A DNA stretch of 64,000 bases from Eledone cirrhosa (GCA_964016885.1 OZ024743.1:295306001-295370000); one strand, 5' to 3'. Counted from the first letter of the stretch, positions 29,145 through 43,203 are shown. Notes: a model not told the origin generated them from the letters alone. Numbers and translations are program-made.

Positions 29145-30497
29145 GTTTTATCGTGAGTCAGTTCTTTCCTTGCTACGGTTCCCGCGGCTGAATTACCGGT
29201 AGCTATCTTCAATTTACAAAGCCCTTTAAAAGGTATGTTATTACTTTAAGGTTTTATACCTTATCGAGTGCTTGGCTGCACTTTTGATTGCATTCGTTGA
29301 CTTAGCTGCGGCTCGAGCTTCGAATATGATGTACTTCCATTTGTATTACTATCTCCTAGCCCTAATGATTAATTGATTAATTTAATTAGACAATTCTATT
29401 GATTGGTTAATTATTTATGTTTTTTTAATAACGATCTGGTTGAATGCTTAATTCAGTTTGTGTACGGAACTTATTCCATTGCTCATAATTTTAATTTGAC
29501 CGCCAAAAACCGGATGTTAGTTGTGCTGGCGTCTGAACGGAAGCCTGTTGAGAAAGTAAATCCTCTGTTCGAACTTCCAGAACTAACAACTTGCATACAC
29601 CGCAAGCGGAGTTTGTAGATTCGGATTTACAGAAACCTAACGTAGATATTGCAAAATATCGAAGTGATGGTCCAGTTTTATATATATATATATAAATGAA
29701 AAGTATAGAAATTATTGTGAGCGTGAAGCCAACAGTATTTCATAATATATAAGTGACTATAACGTCAAAAAGGAAAAATAGTTAACGTAAGATGTGGTAA
29801 TATAATTCAAAAAGAATGAAGACAGATTTATCCATAGAATTTTGTGAAATCCAAGGAAAAATCAATAGAGCCTTAACTCAGAATAAAATAAAGTCTAAAT
29901 ACGAATCCTTCAATTTGGAAAAACTACAAACGCTCTGTATAGTCTTAAAAAGAATATTTCGTGAAACTTTCAGTCGGGATGGTCACGGTTGGAGTCGTTC
30001 ATCAGCAGAGCTCAAACACGATAACCCAAAATCCACTGTAGAATATGCCAAAAAGGGAATTTAAAGACAGGCTAGTTCACCTCGTACGTAATTATGAAAA
30101 ATAACCGCACATGGAGAGACATGGCTTGTGACGTCAGAATGAGACGAATGTCTGTTTACATGAAACAACAGTCAAAAACATTCCGAAAAAAACTCTACAA
30201 GTGTAAGGAGTTCAGCAAAATAGCAATATTATCGCGGTTTAAAAAAAAAGACGGGGATTAGACACAAATAATTTTAAGCACTCTAGGAAAGAATTCCGAG
30301 TAAAAATATAAATGAAAAGTATAGAAATTATTGTGAGCGTGAAGCCAACAGTATTTCATAATATATAAGTGACTAAAACATTTCAACTGTATGTTATTAC
30401 TCTAAGATCTTATACCTTATCGAGTGCTTGGCAGGACTTCTGATTGCATTCGTTGACTTAGCTGCGGCTCGGGCTTCGAATATGCTGTACTTCCATT

Positions 30498-30500
<3 letters not shown>
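29145..30500. repeat. Composite repeat with two internal direct duplications
   Basis: 29255-29343 matches 30411-30499, and 29689-29759 matches 30307-30375; bounded by microsatellites; carries the GAGTGCT tail motif. Confidence 0.6.
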
Positions 30501-30564
<64 letters not shown>

Positions 30565-31839
30565 TACGTATATACACATATATACACACATATACATATA
30601 TATATACACATACAGATGTACGTACAGATACATACATATACATAGACACGCATACATATATATGCACAGACACGCATACATATATATGCACATATATATA
30701 CACATATATATCCCCATACATACACATACATAAAAACATATATACACACACATCTATACATATACATACACATATATATATTTGGGCATATATGTATATA
30801 TACGATATATATATACACCCATATTATATGAGTATATACATATATACATTCATATTTAATTTAATACATATAAACATATAAAACCATACAAACAAAAAAA
30901 TATACACACATACATGTGATGGCTGCCCCCTCGTTATCGAGTATGGCCATTGCACGATATACCATTATTAATAATTATTAATTAATTCTATCGTGCAACG
31001 CCTGTGCGTGAAGATATTTTTTAAAGTGAGGAAAGACTGTGCACTGAGCCGAACCCACTCTCTGAGCGACAGTACCTATAACCCGAAAAGAATAAAATAT
31101 CAGCATCATCGGTACCTACTGAGCCGCAGGTTTTATATCGGAGTTATCCCAGTCTCCTGGGTTGTGTTCTCCTAGAAGAATGCACTGACAAAGGCTAGGA
31201 GTCCTTCACTCCCAGTGGTTTAACCGCGCGATCGAGTGTCCATACATATAAACGCGTATATATATAAACACATACATATGAACTCATACATATAAACGCA
31301 TATATATACACATACACACGTAAGTTCATACATAAAAAAAATCAAATTTAATTAGCACTGACAAATATTCATACATATCGATGAATATATATTTGTATAT
31401 TTGCAGATATATTTGTATATTTGCAGATAAAAAAAGGAGCTTTTTGATGTTATAATTAGGGATGAAGTAAGATTGGTTATAGAACATATGTAATGGTTAT
31501 AAGTATAATTAAATGGATGTGAAATTATATATGTCTGTCAAATATATCATTAGAATGAAGGAATGTTCGATGCATCTTATAGTCTCCAAATGTATATACT
31601 GACAAACATAGAGGTACGCATAGTGAAAGAAAAAAGTGAAAGTAATCAATATGTGAGTGGTATAGGTATAATAAAAGGTATGTAATTATAATCAATATAT
31701 GAGTGCTGTTTGTTTCTTATGGGTATAACTAAATGTATGTGGTCATAGTAAGTATAAGTTCAAGGTAGTTAGTCTTAATGCTATTTCATAATTGAATTAC
31801 TTGTTCAGGGTGGTTGTGTGTCCAATTGATGCTGTGTTT

Positions 31840-32745
31840 ATTCCAACAGGAAAACAGATGTGATATTATATGCGGGCAACCTCTGAAAAAACAATTTTAG
31901 AGTTGAGATAAGTATTTGGCGATTTCGGGTTCTGTAGATTTCTATATTTCGCGCTTATGCATAAAATACATTTTCTTGTACCTTTTGCATATTCTTTTGA
32001 TTTGTCTAAAATGGACTAATTTATTACATATGGAATTCCACGTACTTTCATCTCCCACACTCTGTTTTCCAGCACCGTGGTTTTCGTTTCGTGTGTGGAG
32101 GAGGAATAAACGAACACTATCGAAAGAACCCATTGAGACATCAAAAGAATTTTCTGGGTTCGACTTTTTACCCAGGTTTCGCCTTTGGCAAAAAGTAATG
32201 TTTTATCTGGCATGCAAAATTACATTTTTGTCTAGTTCTGATATATCAGTAAAGTATGTAGCAAAATCTAAGGCTTTGGTTAACAAGAAGTGAGTAATAG
32301 AAGGATAGACATCTACTATATCAAATTGGGTAAATCTAGACATATTTTTCTCATTGGTATAACACCAAGGTATAACTGAGGAAATAATTCTGTTTTATTT
32401 CTTATTTGTTTAATGATATTTTCAAAGATTACTTTACTAGCAAGACAAATTTCTGTTAATAAGTCTACAACTAAGTGGGTTATTGAAATCTATTTTATGG
32501 TATTTAAGAGCAATAGAACCTTTACGTTTTGCTAGACTTTCAGTTCTATCATCTATTCATAATTTTCTTGCTATATCTTTAGCTTCATTATTTATATTAT
32601 TATAGGCGTTATCTTTGGCTTTTTTATATTTAGTAGTAATACTACCTGTTAAAAGTTAGTTATCAACTTCATATAAATTTTTAGATTTATTGGAAAATAC
32701 AAACTTATTATTAGCGGATTTAATATTAGAAATATCGTTCGAATA
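31840..32745 (-). pseudogene. Decayed, internally deleted PLE ORF: RT N-half joined to the GIY-YIG C-terminus (Naiad-like)
   Basis: Peptides CRLIN, FTQFDIVDVYPSIT..LL.KALDFA, FDVSMGSFD then VWEMK..GIPY..ILDKS.EY..G.RKCILC...YLN....GCPH; stops and frameshifts. Confidence 0.8.
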
Positions 32746-32841
32746 TACTTAACATATTCATGAATATATATGAATATTTTTGAGTGCTAATATATTTATT
32801 TTTCTATGTATGCGTGTATATATATATATATTTATTTCTAT

Positions 32842-32881
<40 letters not shown>

Positions 32882-33032
32882 TTTTCTGTGCATGTGCGTA
32901 ATTATGCGTTGATTTGTACGTTTAGGTAAGGTTTCATGTGTATATATGCATGTTTTATATACATGTACGTATTAAATTAAATAAGTATGTATGTATGTTT
33001 GTGTATATATATGCATGACCCTCCCAAAGTAT

Positions 33033-33092
<60 letters not shown>

Positions 33093-34807
33093 AGATCAAA
33101 AGATGGTTAAAGGAGTTCAATATATTTTATTATGCGCATTTCAAAAACAAACATCATCAAACAATAATATTTGTGTTTTCATCAGATAAAACAGGAGAAC
33201 ATGATATGAAGGCTAAAAAAACACTTGTTGATAGTGCAGTTTTAAATCAACATATGAAAAGTGGTTTTAGATTGATGTGTGATATTGGGAAAAATATTTT
33301 ATTTAGAGAGGGGGGGAGAGAAAAGGATGAAAAGGGAAGGAGATGAGAGGGAGAGATGGGTGATAGAGAGAAAGAGATAGTTTTTATAACAGAGAGGAGA
33401 TATATTTTATATAGAGGGGTTGAAAACCGTTGGAAGATACTGTATAAATTAAAAATTTTGAAAATTAACGAAGGGAGGATATGTGCGAGGAAAAAATATA
33501 TTATATTTAGGGAGGGGTGGGGGTGGAAAGGATGAAAAAAGGGGAGGAGATGAGAGTGAAGGTGGAAAGGGAGAGATGGGTGATAGAGAGAAAGAGATAG
33601 TTTTTATAACTGAATAAAAGATATAATGTTTTAATATAGAGAGGTTGGGAACCGTTGGAAGATAATGTATAAATTAAAGGAATTTGAAAATTAACGAAGG
33701 GAAATTATGTATGGAGATAGAGAGAAAAAAATAACGAAGGGAGATTATGTATGGAGATAGAGAGAAAAAATAATAATTGTGGGTGAATATTCAAAAGGAG
33801 AAATGTAGGAATTTTAAAATTAGCAAAGAGAAAAAGTTTATGTATAGGATTTGAGAAAAATAATGTGAAGTTAGAGTTTTTATATTGAATTCATATGTAT
33901 TAATAATGAGTTCGTTGATGGGGAGAAAAAAATAATAATAATAAATTAAGGATGAAATTGAGATTAAAAAGATTTATGATAGAGAGAAAAAATAATAATG
34001 ATTGCGGATGAATACTCAAAATGTCAAAAACAAATGTTATTGTTTTACGAGGAGATATAATGAGGGTGATGAGTAAACGGGTATTATAGAGTGTATAATG
34101 CCCTTTAAAGTAAGGTAGATGGGTATATTTTAAAGAATATATGAGTATATATTAAAAAAAATATATAATAATAAATTAAGGATGAAATTGAGATTAAAAA
34201 GATTTATGATAGAGGGAAAAAAAATAATAATGATTGCGGATGAATATTCAAAATGTCAAAAACAAATGTTATTGTTTTACGAGAAGATAGGATGAGGTAA
34301 ATGAGTAAACGAGTACTATAGAGTGTATAATGCCCTTTAAAGTAAGGTAGATGGGTATATTTTAAAGAGGTGTATGTATATGTGCCTTTGAGAAAAGATT
34401 CTAAATTGATAAAGAATTGAATATTAACTGTATACTTTGTGAAAAGTTCTATGGAATTTATGCAGGCAGATGGAAAACAAATCCGAGCGTCTATTTATTA
34501 TGGATTCTAGGTTAGAGATAATGGTAAATTTTTCATTTAGGCAGAGATTACAGATTTTAGATAGAGAACTGTTCAAGTACGAGGATGCAGAAGAAATCTT
34601 TTTCCAAAAGATGTTATATTTAATGTTTTTGTCTTTTAAGGACCATATGAGTTCTGAGAGAGCAGTGTTAGTTCTTTTAAGTTTGTATTTGAAAGATGAA
34701 TGATGATTATAGAGACGAGCTTTAAAAGAGGTGGAAGTGGAGCCAAAATAGGTGAAGGAGTTGGTGCTAGTTATAATTTTACATTCATAAATTAAGTTAT
34801 AAATTAA

Positions 34808-35185
34808 GTTAACTTAATTTATGAATGTAAAATTATAACTAGCACCAACTCCTTCACCTATTTTGGCTCCACTTCCACCTCTTTTAAAGCTCGTCTCTAT
34901 AATCATCATTCATCTTTCAAATACAAACTTAAAAGAACTAACACTGCTCTCTCAGAACTCATATGGTCCTTAAAAGACAAAAACATTAAATATAACATCT
35001 TTTGGAAAAAGATTTCTTCTGCATCCTCGTACTTGAACAGTTCTCTATCTAAAATCTGTAATCTCTGCCTAAATGAAAAATTTACCATTATCTCTAACCT
35101 AGAATCCATAATAAATAGACGCTCGGATTTGTTTTCCATCTGCCTGCATAAATTCCATAGAACTTTTCACAAAGTATACAGTTAA
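34808..35185 (+). CDS. Uninterrupted C-terminal GIY-YIG endonuclease domain of a PLE (no start codon; mirrored at ~34424-34798 on -)
   Basis: VNLIYECKII...TYFGSTSTSFKARLYNHHSSF...TALSELIWSLK...KICNLCLNEKFTII...INRRSDLFSICLHK; 125 open codons; missed by the ORF track. Confidence 0.85.
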   Translation, partial: VNLIYECKIITSTNSFTYFGSTSTSFKARLYNHHSSFKYKLKRTNTALSELIWSLKDKNIKYNIFWKKISSASSYLNSSLSKICNLCLNEKFTIISNLESIINRRSDLFSICLHKFHRTFHKVYS

Positions 35186-36418
35186 TATTCAATTCTTTAT
35201 CAATTTAGAATCTTTTCTCAAAGGCACATATACATACACCTCTTTAAAATATACCCATCTACCTTACTTTAAAGGGCATTATACACTCTATAGTACTCGT
35301 TTACTCATTTACCTCATCCTATCTTCTCGTAAAACAATAACATTTGTTTTTGACATTTTGAATATTCATCCGCAATCATTATTATTTTTTTTCCCTCTAT
35401 CATAAATCTTTTTAATCTCAATTTCATCCTTAATTTATTATTATATATTTTTTTTAATATATACTCATATATTCTTTAAAATATACCCATCTACCTTACT
35501 TTAAAGGGCATTATACACTCTATAATACCCGTTTACTCATCACCCTCATTATATCTCCTCGTAAAACAATAACATTTGTTTTTGACATTTTGAGTATTCA
35601 TCCGCAATCATTATTATTTTTTCTCTCTATCATAAATCTTTTTAATCTCAATTTCATCCTTAATTTATTATTATTATTTTTTTCTCCCCATCAACGAACT
35701 CATTATTAATACATATGAATTCAATATAAAAACTCTAACTTCACATTATTTTTCTCAAATCCTATACATAAACTTTTTCTCTTTGCTAATTTTAAAATTC
35801 CTACATTTCTCCTTTTGAATATTCACCCACAATTATTATTTTTTCTCTCTATCTCCATACATAATCTCCCTTCGTTATTTTTTTCTCTCTATCTCCATAC
35901 ATAATTTCCCTTCGTTAATTTTCAAATTCCTTTAATTTATACATTATCTTCCAACGGTTCCCAACCTCTCTATATTAAAACATTATATCTTTTATTCAGT
36001 TATAAAAACTATCTCTTTCTCTCTATCACCCATCTCTCCCTTTCCACCTTCACTCTCATCTCCTCCCCTTTTTTCATCCTTTCCACCCCCACCCCTCCCT
36101 AAATATAATATATTTTTTCCTCGCACATATCCTCCCTTCGTTAATTTTCAAAATTTTTAATTTATACAGTATCTTCCAACGGTTTTCAACCCCTCTATAT
36201 AAAATATATCTCCTCTCTGTTATAAAAACTATCTCTTTCTCTCTATCACCCATCTCTCCCTCTCATCTCCTTCCCTTTTCATCCTTTTCTCTCCCCCCCC
36301 TCTCTAAATAAAATATTTTTCCCAATATCACACATCAATCTAAAACCACTTTTCATATGTTGATTTAAAACTGCACTATCAACAAGTGTTTTTTTAGCCT
36401 TCATATCATGTTCTCCTG

Positions 36419-36485
36419 TTTTATCTGATGAAAACACAAATATTATTGTTTGATGATGTTTGTTTTTGAAATGCGCATAATAAAA
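36419..36485 (+). ncRNA. Type I hammerhead ribozyme (mirror 33125-33191 on -)
   Basis: ttttat CTGATGA aaacacaaatattatt-gttt-gatgatgtttgttttt GAAA tgcgca TA ataaaa; palindromic TGCGCA. Confidence 0.75.
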
Positions 36486-36607
36486 TATATTGAACTCCTT
36501 TAACCATCTTTTGATCTTATATTATGCATACTCCAGTCCCACAAACTGTAGAGTGCTTCTTATCCGATATCTGCATTGCTTTATTGTACTACAATAAAAC
36601 TCACCTC

Positions 36608-36743
<136 letters not shown>

Positions 36744-36852
36744 GAGATATAAGTAAGATTTTATTAATTTGTATATATATGTGTGTGTGAGTATCTGGCC
36801 ACTTTTTGTATCTTCAATTAATGATCCATGTTTCATTATCTATTTTTTATTT

Positions 36853-37045
36853 AGGGCGGTGAATTGGCAGTATCGGTAGAGGGTCGGACGCCATGCTTTG
36901 ACGTATAGAGTTACGGCCCTTGCCATTCTGAGTTCAAATCCCGCCGAGGTTAACTTTGCCTTTCATCCTTACGGGGTCGATAAAATAAAGTACCAGTAAT
37001 TTACTGGGTAATTGCTGGCCTTGTGCCAAAAGTAGAAACAATTAT
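36853..37045 (+). mobile_element. tRNA-derived SINE, family A (full length)
   Basis: AGGGCGGTGAATTGGCAGTATCGGTAGAG...GTTCAAATCCCGCCGAGG...GTAGAAACAATTAT. Confidence 0.85.
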
Positions 37046-37267
37046 CTATTTTTTATTTTATTTTTTTATTTTATCTATATTTATATCAGATATATTTATA
37101 TTTATATAAATATATATGTGTGTGTGTATGTGTGTATGTTTATATGTATATATGTATATTGTGTGTATGTGTGAGTGTTTGTGTGTGTGAGCCTGCGTGT
37201 ATGTGTGTGCGTGTGCATCTATGTATATTTATATTTGTCTATATATTTTTTTTTCCGTTAAAAGATG

Positions 37268-37447
37268 TTTGGCAGTATCAGTAGAGTGTCGGACGCCATG
37301 CTTTCCAGCATAGTTACGTGCCTTTACGATCTGAGTTCAAATCCCACCGAGGTTGACTTTGCCTTTCATCCTTACGGAGTCGATAAAATAAAGTATCAGT
37401 AATGCACTGGGTAATTGCTGGCCTTGTGCCTAAAGTAGAAACATTTA
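37268..37447 (+). mobile_element. tRNA-derived SINE, family A
   Basis: Same consensus as 36853-37045. Confidence 0.85.
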
Positions 37448-37734
37448 TTTTAACTCAGCCTCACTTTGATTTTTTAATAGAACTCAATTTTGGAAACATA
37501 TCCCAAACATAACTATTTAACCTGATGAATGGGACGGACGTTCTGTGAGGATCGACTAGTTGCTTGGAACCTTTGTTAATGGAATAAGTATATCGTGTTT
37601 TTTATTATGTAATTAAATATATATATATATATATATATTTATAGGATCGATCGACTTTCGTCGAATCGGACCGAGGAAACAGTGTTTCCGTTGGTCTTCC
37701 AGTTGCTAATACTAGCTATATGTCGCAACTGCAG

Positions 37735-37855
37735 GTAGAAGGAGCAACGTGAAATAAAGTGTCTTGCTCAAAGACATAACGCATCGCCCGGTCCTGGAAT
37801 CGAACTCGCAACCTCAAGATTGTGAATCCAATTCTCTAACCACTTAGCCACACGC
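37735..37855 (-). mobile_element. tRNA-derived SINE, family B (5' part)
   Basis: Reverse complement GTGGCTAAGTGGTTAGAG..GTTCGATTCC..TTTGAGCAAGACACTTTATTTCAC matches 61511-61730. Confidence 0.75.
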
Positions 37856-38469
37856 TGAATAAACAGCGGCTGTGTTGTTGGTGGATAAAGTGTATTTATA
37901 AATAAATAATTTCCATTCATCAGTTGTCGTCTGGAGATCATGGATATTTCTATGCATTAAAGATAAGATGCCTAGCTCCAGTGCGTCAATAACTAAAGGA
38001 AGTTATTGCGGAAAAATTCAGAGAGAGACATAAATATAACAGGAAGGGAAGAGGAAGAAATAAACGGAAAAAAAATCGAAAAAAACATACCGAATAGGTA
38101 AACACGAGAAGCACGTGTACACTTTATCCAGTAACAGCACACACCCCTTTCCTTCACAAAATGTTATCAAGTTTTTGCTGTAACCTGTTCTCTCTTTCTC
38201 CCTATCTACTTTGTCGCTGTCAACACTTCCCCTCACTTTCTTTATCTCCCTTTCTTCCTCTCAATTTTACTATCCCTCTCTCTACTAGCTACCGCTGTTT
38301 TACACGACTCTGCTTCTTTCTTTCTACTCTCGTGGAAGTTAGACCTGTTTTGTTTCGCTCCTTGTTTCACCGTATACATAGCCTCGTTCTTATGTCCAGT
38401 AGCTTATGTTGACAGACTTTTCTTTCTCTTCCGTTGCTACTACACGTGTCACTATATATATATATGGGA

Positions 38470-38665
38470 TTTGAAATAAAAACTGAAAAAGATTACATGT
38501 ACCTCTTCACCAGGATTGAAACCTAGGCCAGGATATCCACCGTCTCTAATATCTACTACTAGGCCACAGAAACAACTACGAATATCTAATGAAAATTAAT
38601 ACTTATAAAAACCTTCTTTCAAAATGTTCAGAACAAAATGATGTGGTGTTGTTCATGTCTTTCTT
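38470..38665. repeat. Dispersed repeat with a decayed tRNA-like segment; paralog at 42635-42797
   Basis: Shared AATAAAAACTGAAAAAGATTAC...CCAGGAT.TCCACC.TCTCTA...CAAAATGATGTGGTGTT.TTCATGTCTTTCTT; minus strand has GTGGCCTAGT and GGTTTCAATCC box-like words. Confidence 0.6.
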
Positions 38666-38807
38666 AATGATATTGCTCCTACTTAATGTCAACTTCTAAA
38701 TCATTTGAGTGTTTCATAAACTACATCCTCGTTTTGTTCCTCGTCTATCTAGACTATATTTTAACCTATAATCCATGTATCATTTCTGATGCATCTCATC
38801 CTCCCCC

Positions 38808-38899
<92 letters not shown>

Positions 38900-39287
38900 T
38901 CCTCCTTGTGTTTCTTGAATCTACTATGATTTGGGTTTACTTTATATATATATACTAGGTGATAATAATAAATCGTACGCATATTTCGTTATCGATCTAT
39001 GTAAGGATAGTTACAGAATATCAAATAAGGAATATTTTACCTACGTGTTTATCGTCAACCTTTGTCAAAAGCATGTATTATTATCACCTAGAAACGATCG
39101 TAAAGCAGTGAAGTGTATTCCTAATGACTTGAATTTTTATTTCATTGTTTTAACTTATATCATGACTCTGTTTTCCTTTTGATGTTTTATTGTTTTCCGG
39201 GATTTATTTTAACCTACAACATTTTCAACATATGGATTACATTGAGTTCTTCATGCAGTCTAGACCCCACAACTAACCGTGGATATT

Positions 39288-39360
<73 letters not shown>

Positions 39361-39431
39361 GGAGGGGAGTGTGTGTATGTGTGTGTGTGTGTTCTTGCAT
39401 GTCAGTTAGATTCAAACTTACAATGATTGGC

Positions 39432-39469
<38 letters not shown>

Positions 39470-39566
39470 CCAAAATTAAAATTAAGGGTTGTCATGTCTG
39501 ACAGACATGCGCCATATCCACTGTAGAATAAGCTCAAAGATTCCGATGAATATATCTGAGCATTAC

Positions 39567-39912
39567 ATATCAACTAGAAATAGATTGACATATATATATA
39601 TATATAATAAACATATGAAACAATTAAAGTTTAACCAGAACTTCAAATAAATTTTAATTAGTTACCTACCAAGCTATGTGTGCTTACATTCTTTACAAAT
39701 TATTCCATATGAAACAATCACATGGAATAATTTGTAAAGAATGTAAGCACACATAGCTTGGTAGGTAACTAATTAAAATTTATTTGAAGTTCTGGTTAAA
39801 CTTTAATTAGTTACCTACCTAGCTATGTGAGCTTACATTCTTTACAAATTATTCCCTGTGATTGTTTCATATGTTTATTTTATATATATATATATGTCAA
39901 TTTTTTTCTAGT

Positions 39913-39918
<6 letters not shown>
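39567..39918. repeat. Nested inverted/direct repeat
   Basis: Inner IR 39623-39709 / 39722-39809; outer IR 39567-39625 / 39861-39918; 39803-39856 repeats 39654-39707. Confidence 0.85.
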
Positions 39919-39979
<61 letters not shown>

Positions 39980-40101
39980 GTAGTATGGTTGCTAGGATGC
40001 GTCCATAGGCAGTATGCCGGTTGAGCACTCTATGCTCCTTCGGAGCAGAGTATGATAATATGGAAAACGAAGAATCAGTGATGCATCGGACACAATTTAT
40101 T

Positions 40102-40194
40102 ACGTATTACAATTGTTTCTCCGGCGAACAGCTCGAGGTGCAATCTGTTTGTGGGTCGAACCTGACTCTGGATTCGCAAGTTCCTCAGATACGT
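40102..40194 (-). ncRNA. Type I hammerhead motif with expanded stem II (paralog 46072-46167)
   Basis: acgtat CTGAGGA [~60 nt] GAAAC aatt GTA atacgt AATAAA; the paralog keeps the core with gacgtat/atatgtc stem I. Confidence 0.65.
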
Positions 40195-41004
40195 CTAATG
40201 ATTTAGAAGCAAATTCTCTTTCTGCTTGACTCCGACACCTCGAATTTTTCTAATCTGCATCATCCTGTTTGCACAGCCTTTAGAAATGTTGATAATTCCT
40301 GGCGTCCTCATTGTGCTTCACAATTGAAATCTGGCCACTGGTCATCTCCATTCAGGCGTGAGCTGTCACTCACCCCAATCCCGTCGCCATAAATTACTGC
40401 TGTGTGTAGGATAGTTGTTATGCATTCCCATGCCCTTCCCTTGCTTGCCTGCCTGGCTATACATATATACCCACACGCACATGTGCTCACACATATATAC
40501 ATGCATTCCGAGCCATTAATCGTACACACACATACACACACACACGCACACACACACAGACATACACATAGAGCTTGCGTGTCTGCGTTTACACATGAAC
40601 ATTCAATATATATAAATTCACCACTCATATATAAGTACATTCATACGCAGACACATGCCCACACGTACACATAAGGGACCCACGCATATACATATATCAA
40701 TTAATACGCAGTCACACACACACACATGTGTATATATATATATATATATATACACACACATATATATTTTTTATACACATGTGTATATACATACACACAC
40801 ATATATGCTAATCCATGCATACACTCGCGCTTAAATATGCATTCATTCACGCCTACTCTTACACACACACAAACACACATATATATATGCACACGCACAC
40901 ACACACACATATACACATATAGATATATATATACACACACCATATATGCACTCACACCCCGACAGACATACACACACCCATGTATGCATATATATGAATT
41001 TATA

Positions 41005-42089
41005 TATGTATACTATAAAGCTGACGGTCGTATGTAGGTAACAAACTTTCCGCCAAACGGCTGGACCAAACAGCACCAAATTTGCACCATAGATGTAACT
41101 TTTTCCAAGTAAAAAATGCGAGGGTATTTTTGTCTACTGAATTTTGTGAAAAGATTAAAGACATTATTTAAATATTCACTTCTTTAAAATTTCAAATGTC
41201 AACACTTCCGGTTATACGTCATTCCTCAATTTTTCTTATGAAGTCGCACAATATTCCCCTCTTTTCTTAGTCTGTCTTTTTAGATAGATACTTAGCTAAA
41301 ATGTAGCGCCCTTATAATATGTCTCTGTATGTCTGACTGTCTGCATTAGATAACGTTTTTCGAAATATTTACTTCTGCGTTCACGGACGGATTTTTTTAG
41401 TTAAGGGTGAAAGCAGCGATTCTTTGCTTCCACTTTAATCTGTTATTTTGACATATATATTCGTGTACAGATATTTTTGCAAACACAAAAACAAAAACCT
41501 ATTTATTTCACGAAAGCACAGACGGCTTATCGTCATTGTTACTGTTCGTGGTTAGAGGACCACAGTCTTTCCAAGATCTGAGAACCATCAATGGCCATCA
41601 ATGTTCCACTTACCGTTTGGCTTGCCAGATGCGTAGTATGTTACCCGATGAGAGCCATTGGCACCTCACCCTGCAAGGACCAGTAACTGCTACATTCCCT
41701 TCTCAGCTGCGAAAACATTTTGCTCTTCTGTTGCACAACTGCGACCTCGCCGACCCTCTCGCAATGTGGAACAACCACCACGAAAGTCTAGCTGAGAACA
41801 TCCTCCACCGCACACGCAGACACAATACGAACATAACATACGGTGTCGTTTTCAATGAGGCGCTCATTTGTCTTGAAAACAGTGTCCTGGAGATTGGTGG
41901 TAGGCCTCTAAGTCACTAAAGCTACCTGCTCCTGACGGGAATGTCCAGAGGTCAACGTCTACAGAGCTTCTCCGTGAGACGAGCTATGAGATCAGTGCTT
42001 CTCCCATGGTCAATTGTATTTAGGATGTTCTAGGGTGAGCTCACCAAACAATCTCTTCATCTTTGCTCCGGGCCAGCTCGGGCCAGCTA

Positions 42090-42090
<1 letters not shown>
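41005..42090 (+). mobile_element. Internally deleted Helitron
   Basis: ORF 41536-41919 (LL..VRGPQSFQDLRTING..TYRLAC....L.D..HW..TL......PSQLR..F) matches the RepHel inter-domain region; GC-rich subterminal motif then CTAG at 42087-42090; TATACTATAAAG 5'-like end. Confidence 0.8.
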
Positions 42091-42142
<52 letters not shown>

Positions 42143-42212
42143 CGAAACATAAGTCATAGTCCTTTATTTGCTGCTATATATACTTCGATGATAGCCATTG
42201 AATATATATATA

Positions 42213-42315
<103 letters not shown>

Positions 42316-42865
42316 TGTTTTAAAAAATCAAATTAAATTAATTCAACAGTTAAACACACATAGGAATAATAGGGTGGTACCAAAGAGCCAGGAGATTGAC
42401 AATTCTACCCTAAATATGACTAATAGTTGTTGGAAATCTATGAACGGCACCACAACTTTATAACTTTGATTTTGAAAGTAGGTTTATAATTATTAGTTTT
42501 AATTAGACTTTTATAGCTGTCTCGTCGGCCTAGTTGGATAAATCATAGAGGTGGTGATCCTGGTCTAAAGTTCTATCATTGTTGGGAGTAGGTTTCCCAG
42601 TAAATGTTATCAGCTTTTTTTCTAGGTGATGTAGAATAAAAACTGAAAAAGATTACGCGTGACCAGGATGTCCACCATCTCTAGTACCTACCGCCAGGAC
42701 ACAGAGATAGCCACGAAAATATTATGAAATTCATACTTATAAACCCGCTTTCAAAATTCTCAAAACAAAATGATGTGGTGTTATTCATGTCTTTCTTTTG
42801 TAGTTTCCGAAATCCAGAGACTTTCAATAACGACACATGGTGTATCACACACACACACACACACA

Positions 42866-42944
<79 letters not shown>

Positions 42945-42949
42945 TCTCT

Positions 42950-42999
<50 letters not shown>

Positions 43000-43120
43000 G
43001 AGTGCATGTATATGTGTGTATGTACATGTGTATATAGAGATTTATATATATGTTTTTAACTTGTACAAAAATCCCTAGGGATCTAATTGACGGATGGCTG
43101 GAAGAGGTAAATGATTAAAA

Positions 43121-43199
<79 letters not shown>

Positions 43200-43203
<4 letters not shown>

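Noticed and set aside
29150-29225. Possible HHR on minus strand (TTGAAGA..gctac/gtagc..GAAA)
   Set aside because: Stems I and III and the cleavage triplet do not fit
30918-31240. Possible RTE 5' UTR or HDV-like ribozyme
   Set aside because: Only vague resemblance; could not build the nested double pseudoknot
34470-35139. Twin 77-aa ORFs MENKSERLF...
   Set aside because: Antisense shadows of the GIY-YIG frame, duplicated by the palindrome
34808-36420. Selenoprotein/SECIS possibility reported for some Naiad PLEs
   Set aside because: The visible EN frame has ordinary Cys codons and no in-frame TGA; no SECIS could be supported by eye
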